Positions 60,500 through 64,000 of a stretch of DNA of 64,000 nt are shown here, piece by piece (the first letter of the stretch is position 1; every line of letters starts with the position of its first letter). This DNA is from Eubacterium sp. (lineage in GTDB: Bacteria > Bacillota > Clostridia > Lachnospirales > Lachnospiraceae), in assembly GCA_034089785.1 (NCBI GenBank), contig JAXDTV010000061.1:593-64592 (forward strand). The letters run 5' to 3'. The translations under genes and the position numbers were made by a program. The notes below the pieces were generated by a model. The model saw only the letters and a program-made list of their open reading frames with translations. It was not told where the DNA came from and made no database searches.

Positions 60500-62506
60500 A
60501 TGAGTAAAATACAACGGGCATGGGACAAAGCATGGGAATGGGCAGATATAAAGTTCAGTAAAAAGATTCTTCTCAGCAAATTTGCAGAAGGCGGCACGCT
60601 GACTCAGTGGAAGGCGGAAAAACTGCAAAAAAGGGTAAAAGAAATGTGGCAGGAGCAGCAAAAGGCACAGTTTTTGTGGAAAAAGACCAATGTGCCCGTG
60701 TTGCCTGTGCCGGCATTGAAATCCCGCTGTGTGGATGCCTGCCTGGAAGAGATCCTGCAAAGTGGCAGATATCAGTTTCCGAATCTGTTTATGATGGTAA
60801 ATCCATATGGGGAGGCACCGCTGACAGCCCTTGTTTTATTTGAGACGAAAAAGGCCTGCAGGATCCGGGTAACGGTGATCGGTAAAAGTGCCTGCACGGA
60901 TTTTTCCTATGAACTGCCGGAGCAGAAAAAGCATCGTGTGCCGGTTCTTGGCCTGTATCCTAAGCGGAAAAATCCGGTGCGGATCGAGCTGCTGGATGAA
61001 CAAGGACAGATGACGGACAGCCGTATTGTGGAGATCCGCACCAGGGCACTGCCGAGAGATCTGCGAGGCGTGGTAGAAGTGAAGAAAATGGATAAAAAGC
61101 CTGCTTTTAAAAACATCCTGATTACCGGAGGGGTGAATTTGAAGAGCATGGTGTTTGACCGTCAGGGAGAGATTCGTTATTATCTGCGCAGGCAGGTAAA
61201 GGGATATGGTATTTTCCCAACAGAAAAAGGTCATTTTGTCTATATGGAAAAGGCCATGTGCAACACGACCTGGACCAATCCCCAGTGTGCCGTGTATGAA
61301 GACATGGATTATCTGGGAAGGATCCACAAGACATTTCTGACAGATAACGGACTGCATCATACGGTGGAAGCAAAACAGGGGGGCAACCTTCTGGTGGGAA
61401 CCAATACCGTAGGGACACAGTATTGCGAGGATGCCATGGAAGAAATTGACTGCAACACCGGAGAGGTAGTGTGGCAGCTGCATTTTGAGGATTTATTTGG
61501 CGGGGCTCACCAGGATATTACAGACTGGGCCCACATTAATTCAGCCCAGTATGATCCGGCTTCGCACAGCATGCTTTGTTCCCTGCGGAATGTACACGGA
61601 GTTGTATGCGTAGACTATGACACCAGGGAATTAAAATGGATCTTGTCGGACCCTGCGTTCTGGCAGGGAACACCGGTGGAAGACAAGGTACTGAAACCAG
61701 AGGGGGAAATACCTTGGTTTTATCAGCAGCATTCCGCGTTCTGGATGGAGGAAGATCTGGATGGAAATCCGGATACAAGGCAGATGATCCTGTTTGATAA
61801 CCATTGGGAAAAACGACGCCATGCGCCATCCTTTGACGGTGATATGAAACACAGCTATATATCGATTTATTCCATCAACGAAAAAGAGCGTACCGTATCC
61901 TTGTGGAAACGATTCCCATGCCGCAAATCCAAGATCCGCGGAAACGGTATTTATGTGGCAGACCGTCACAGATTGTATTCGATGGAAGGAGCTTTTGCCA
62001 AGAAGTACGAAGATGCAGTAGGCGGCGTGTATGAATATGACTACGATACCGGGAAAAAGGTAAGCGAGATCCTGATCAAACCGGGATTTTTCAGAGCGTA
62101 TGAATTCAAGCCGGAGATGGAAGATCTGTGCCAGCCTCAAAACCAGGAAACACCTTATCTTTTGGGACAGCTGAAAAGACCCCATGTGTTGACAGAAGAA
62201 GAGAAAGAAAAAGTGTCCTTTGAAGGCAGCGGACGGATCCTGAAAAGCATTTTGAAATACCAGATGCGGGAAAGCTGTTTCTTCGTAAGGGAATTAGATC
62301 ATGAGTTAAAAGATGTATATTTCCATGGGAAAAAACATGACTACGGCATTAACTTTGAAGACACAGAGCAGGTGTACGGTGCATATTTTGGAGGCAGCCA
62401 GCATTATCTGTGTATCCAGCTGGATCAACTGCCAAAAGACCGATATGAGATTTATGTAAGATATAAAGATGAATTTGGAAAGACAGGGAAGTATATATCC
62501 CTGTAA
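60500..62506 (+). CDS. Arylsulfotransferase (ASST) family protein, no signal peptide
   Basis: GGGAGGA lies 9 nt before the ATG at 60500. It has the ASST N-domain (VNPYGEAPLTALVLFE) and propeller motifs (DWAHINSAQYDP, WFYQQHSAFW, ILFDNHWEKRR). The N-terminal 80 aa or so are hydrophilic and helical, with no hydrophobic leader. Confidence 0.85.
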   Translation: MSKIQRAWDKAWEWADIKFSKKILLSKFAEGGTLTQWKAEKLQKRVKEMWQEQQKAQFLWKKTNVPVLPVPALKSRCVDACLEEILQSGRYQFPNLFMMVNPYGEAPLTALVLFETKKACRIRVTVIGKSACTDFSYELPEQKKHRVPVLGLYPKRKNPVRIELLDEQGQMTDSRIVEIRTRALPRDLRGVVEVKKMDKKPAFKNILITGGVNLKSMVFDRQGEIRYYLRRQVKGYGIFPTEKGHFVYMEKAMCNTTWTNPQCAVYEDMDYLGRIHKTFLTDNGLHHTVEAKQGGNLLVGTNTVGTQYCEDAMEEIDCNTGEVVWQLHFEDLFGGAHQDITDWAHINSAQYDPASHSMLCSLRNVHGVVCVDYDTRELKWILSDPAFWQGTPVEDKVLKPEGEIPWFYQQHSAFWMEEDLDGNPDTRQMILFDNHWEKRRHAPSFDGDMKHSYISIYSINEKERTVSLWKRFPCRKSKIRGNGIYVADRHRLYSMEGAFAKKYEDAVGGVYEYDYDTGKKVSEILIKPGFFRAYEFKPEMEDLCQPQNQETPYLLGQLKRPHVLTEEEKEKVSFEGSGRILKSILKYQMRESCFFVRELDHELKDVYFHGKKHDYGINFEDTEQVYGAYFGGSQHYLCIQLDQLPKDRYEIYVRYKDEFGKTGKYISL

Positions 62507-62510
62507 TATG

Positions 62511-62587
62511 AAAAAAAATAACCAATCAGCGAAAAACATTGATTCGCGAAGCGAATCCCCGTTTTGAGTCGATTGGTTATTTTTTTA
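62511..62587. terminator. Bidirectional compound terminator (ASST operon / symporter)
   Basis: The outer stem AATAACCAATC...GATTGGTTATT is flanked by A8 and T7 runs. The inner perfect hairpin is GATTCGC-gaa-GCGAATC. Confidence 0.75.
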
Positions 62588-62595
62588 TAATAATA

Positions 62596-64000
62596 CTACT
62601 CCGTATATTCATTCACCTTTTGATACTCATCCAGAATCTCCTGTGACGGTGCCTTGGTCAGCAGGCTGACAACAAAGATACAGGCAAGGCTTAAGAAGAA
62701 TCCGATAAGGAGGGAGTAGATACCGGTTGTATCATACAGTGTTTTTCCACCGACGATCGGTAAGTAATCCCATACGATAACAAACAGACCACCGGAGACG
62801 ATACCGGCTACGGCACCAGGAAGATTAGTCCGCTTCCAGAAGAGGGAACATACAACCAACGGGCCGAATGCGGAGCCAAGACCGGCCCAGGCGTCGGATA
62901 CCAGATTCATGATGCTGCTGTCTGGATTCCAGGCAATCAAGGCTGCTAAAACAGCTACTACAAGTACCGTCATACGGGTTACAAGCAAAACTTTTTTATC
63001 CTTAGCATCCGGTTTCAGGATGTTTTTATAGATATCCTTGGATACAGAGGAAGCACAGACTAACAACTGGGAATCCGCTGTAGACATAACGGCTGCCAGG
63101 ATTCCGCAGAGGAACAGACCGCCGATAAAGACCACCAGACCATTGCCTGAGAAAATGGTTTTGATCATGGAGATAAATACAGTCTCTTCAGATCCATTTG
63201 CCAGAGCCGGTACCAGATAAGCACGGCCTACCACACCAATGAAGCAGGCTGCAAATAAGGACAGGGCAATCCAGACAATAGCGATCTTGCTGGATTTTTT
63301 CAGTTCTTTTTCGCTCTTAACAGCCATAAAACGCACCAGGATATGAGGCATTCCGCAGTATCCAAGACCCCAGGCAATATCGGAGATAATGCTGACAAAA
63401 GAGAGTTTGTTGCCTTCCATGTCATAGAACAGATTCAGATAATAGTCTGAATTTGTGACACCGGATGCTGTCAGTGCATTGGTAAAATCACCGGATACAG
63501 CTGCGTAGGCAAAGATCGGTACGATCAGAAGGCCCACTAACATCATCATTCCCTGGATGAAATCCGTCGTACAGACTGCCAGAAATCCTCCCATAAAGGT
63601 ATAGAGAAGGATAACAGCGGCACCGATCAAAAGAGAAACATGATAATCAATACCAAATACTGTGTTAAACAATTTACCGCCGGATGCCAGGGCAGAGGCA
63701 GTATAAACAAGGAAAAAGATAACGATCACAACAGAAGAGATTCCTAACAACAATTTCTTCTTATCGTGGAAACGATTCTGGAAAAACTCAGGAAGAGTCA
63801 GTGAATTGTTGGCCACGATGGTGTAGCGGCGCAGCCTTTTAGAAATCAGGAGCCAGTTTAAAACGGTTCCGATGAAAAGACCGATACCTATCCAGGCTTT
63901 ACCGGTTCCTGCTACATAGATAGAACCGGGCAGACCCATCAAGAGCCATCCACTCATATCAGAAGCCTGGGCAGAGAGGGCGGCAACCCATCCGTTTAGT
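62596..64000 (-). CDS. putP: Sodium:solute symporter (SSS) family, PutP-like; N-terminus lies beyond the right edge
   Basis: Contains SDMSGWLLMGLPG and NSLTLPEFFQNRF motifs. The reading frame stays open upstream of the first ATG (…LNGWVAALSAQASDMSGW) to position 64000. Confidence 0.9.
   Translation of the reverse strand, partial: LNGWVAALSAQASDMSGWLLMGLPGSIYVAGTGKAWIGIGLFIGTVLNWLLISKRLRRYTIVANNSLTLPEFFQNRFHDKKKLLLGISSVVIVIFFLVYTASALASGGKLFNTVFGIDYHVSLLIGAAVILLYTFMGGFLAVCTTDFIQGMMMLVGLLIVPIFAYAAVSGDFTNALTASGVTNSDYYLNLFYDMEGNKLSFVSIISDIAWGLGYCGMPHILVRFMAVKSEKELKKSSKIAIVWIALSLFAACFIGVVGRAYLVPALANGSEETVFISMIKTIFSGNGLVVFIGGLFLCGILAAVMSTADSQLLVCASSVSKDIYKNILKPDAKDKKVLLVTRMTVLVVAVLAALIAWNPDSSIMNLVSDAWAGLGSAFGPLVVCSLFWKRTNLPGAVAGIVSGGLFVIVWDYLPIVGGKTLYDTTGIYSLLIGFFLSLACIFVVSLLTKAPSQEILDEYQKVNEYTE

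Overview
This window is the chromosomal replication-origin region of a Firmicute. Gene content and order look Clostridia/Lachnospiraceae-like, but I cannot name the species from the sequence alone.

**1-18.8 kb: canonical origin block.** On the minus strand are dnaA-dnaN-yaaA(S4)-recF-gyrB-gyrA, followed by a two-subunit Fe-S fumarate/tartrate hydro-lyase. Diverging on the plus strand are rpmH-rnpA-yidD-yidC-jag-mnmE-mnmG-rsmG-parA-parB-DUF4446. DnaA-box clusters flank dnaA, and two identical parS sites lie in front of parA.

**18.9-27 kb: housekeeping genes.** These are a lone tRNA-Lys(CTT), an AI-2E transporter, trmB, a PBP5-type carboxypeptidase, tyrS, a 7TM-PAS-degenerate-GGDEF protein, murI and an Lrp/AsnC regulator.

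**27-41.5 kb: transporter-rich, accessory-looking segment.**
- A lipoprotein + three permease-like proteins + ABC ATPase cassette is bracketed by two identical 74-nt hairpin repeats.
- A roughly 9-kb minus-strand block follows: aldo/keto reductase, two MacB-like NBD-FtsX fusions and a heterodimeric ABC exporter pair. It sits behind a textbook MerR-type promoter.

**41.5-51.5 kb.** MarR, a PHP phosphatase, rmuC, a panG-like/panB/panC/panD/coaBC operon, veg, an AEC permease and a chemotaxis receptor whose natural start is followed immediately by an in-frame TAG.

**51.5-64 kb.**
- Two tandem ~140-nt imperfect palindromes and an orphan araD.
- The most interesting locus: a six-gene plus-strand operon of CHR anion transporter, DUF5662, MATE exporter, CysD, CysN-CysC fusion and a leaderless ASST-family arylsulfotransferase.
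- A truncated ASST-N paralog diverges from it, and a partial putP-like symporter follows.

I saw no CRISPR array, transposase, integrase, prophage or recognisable defence genes. The long ORFs antisense to real genes are shadow ORFs.
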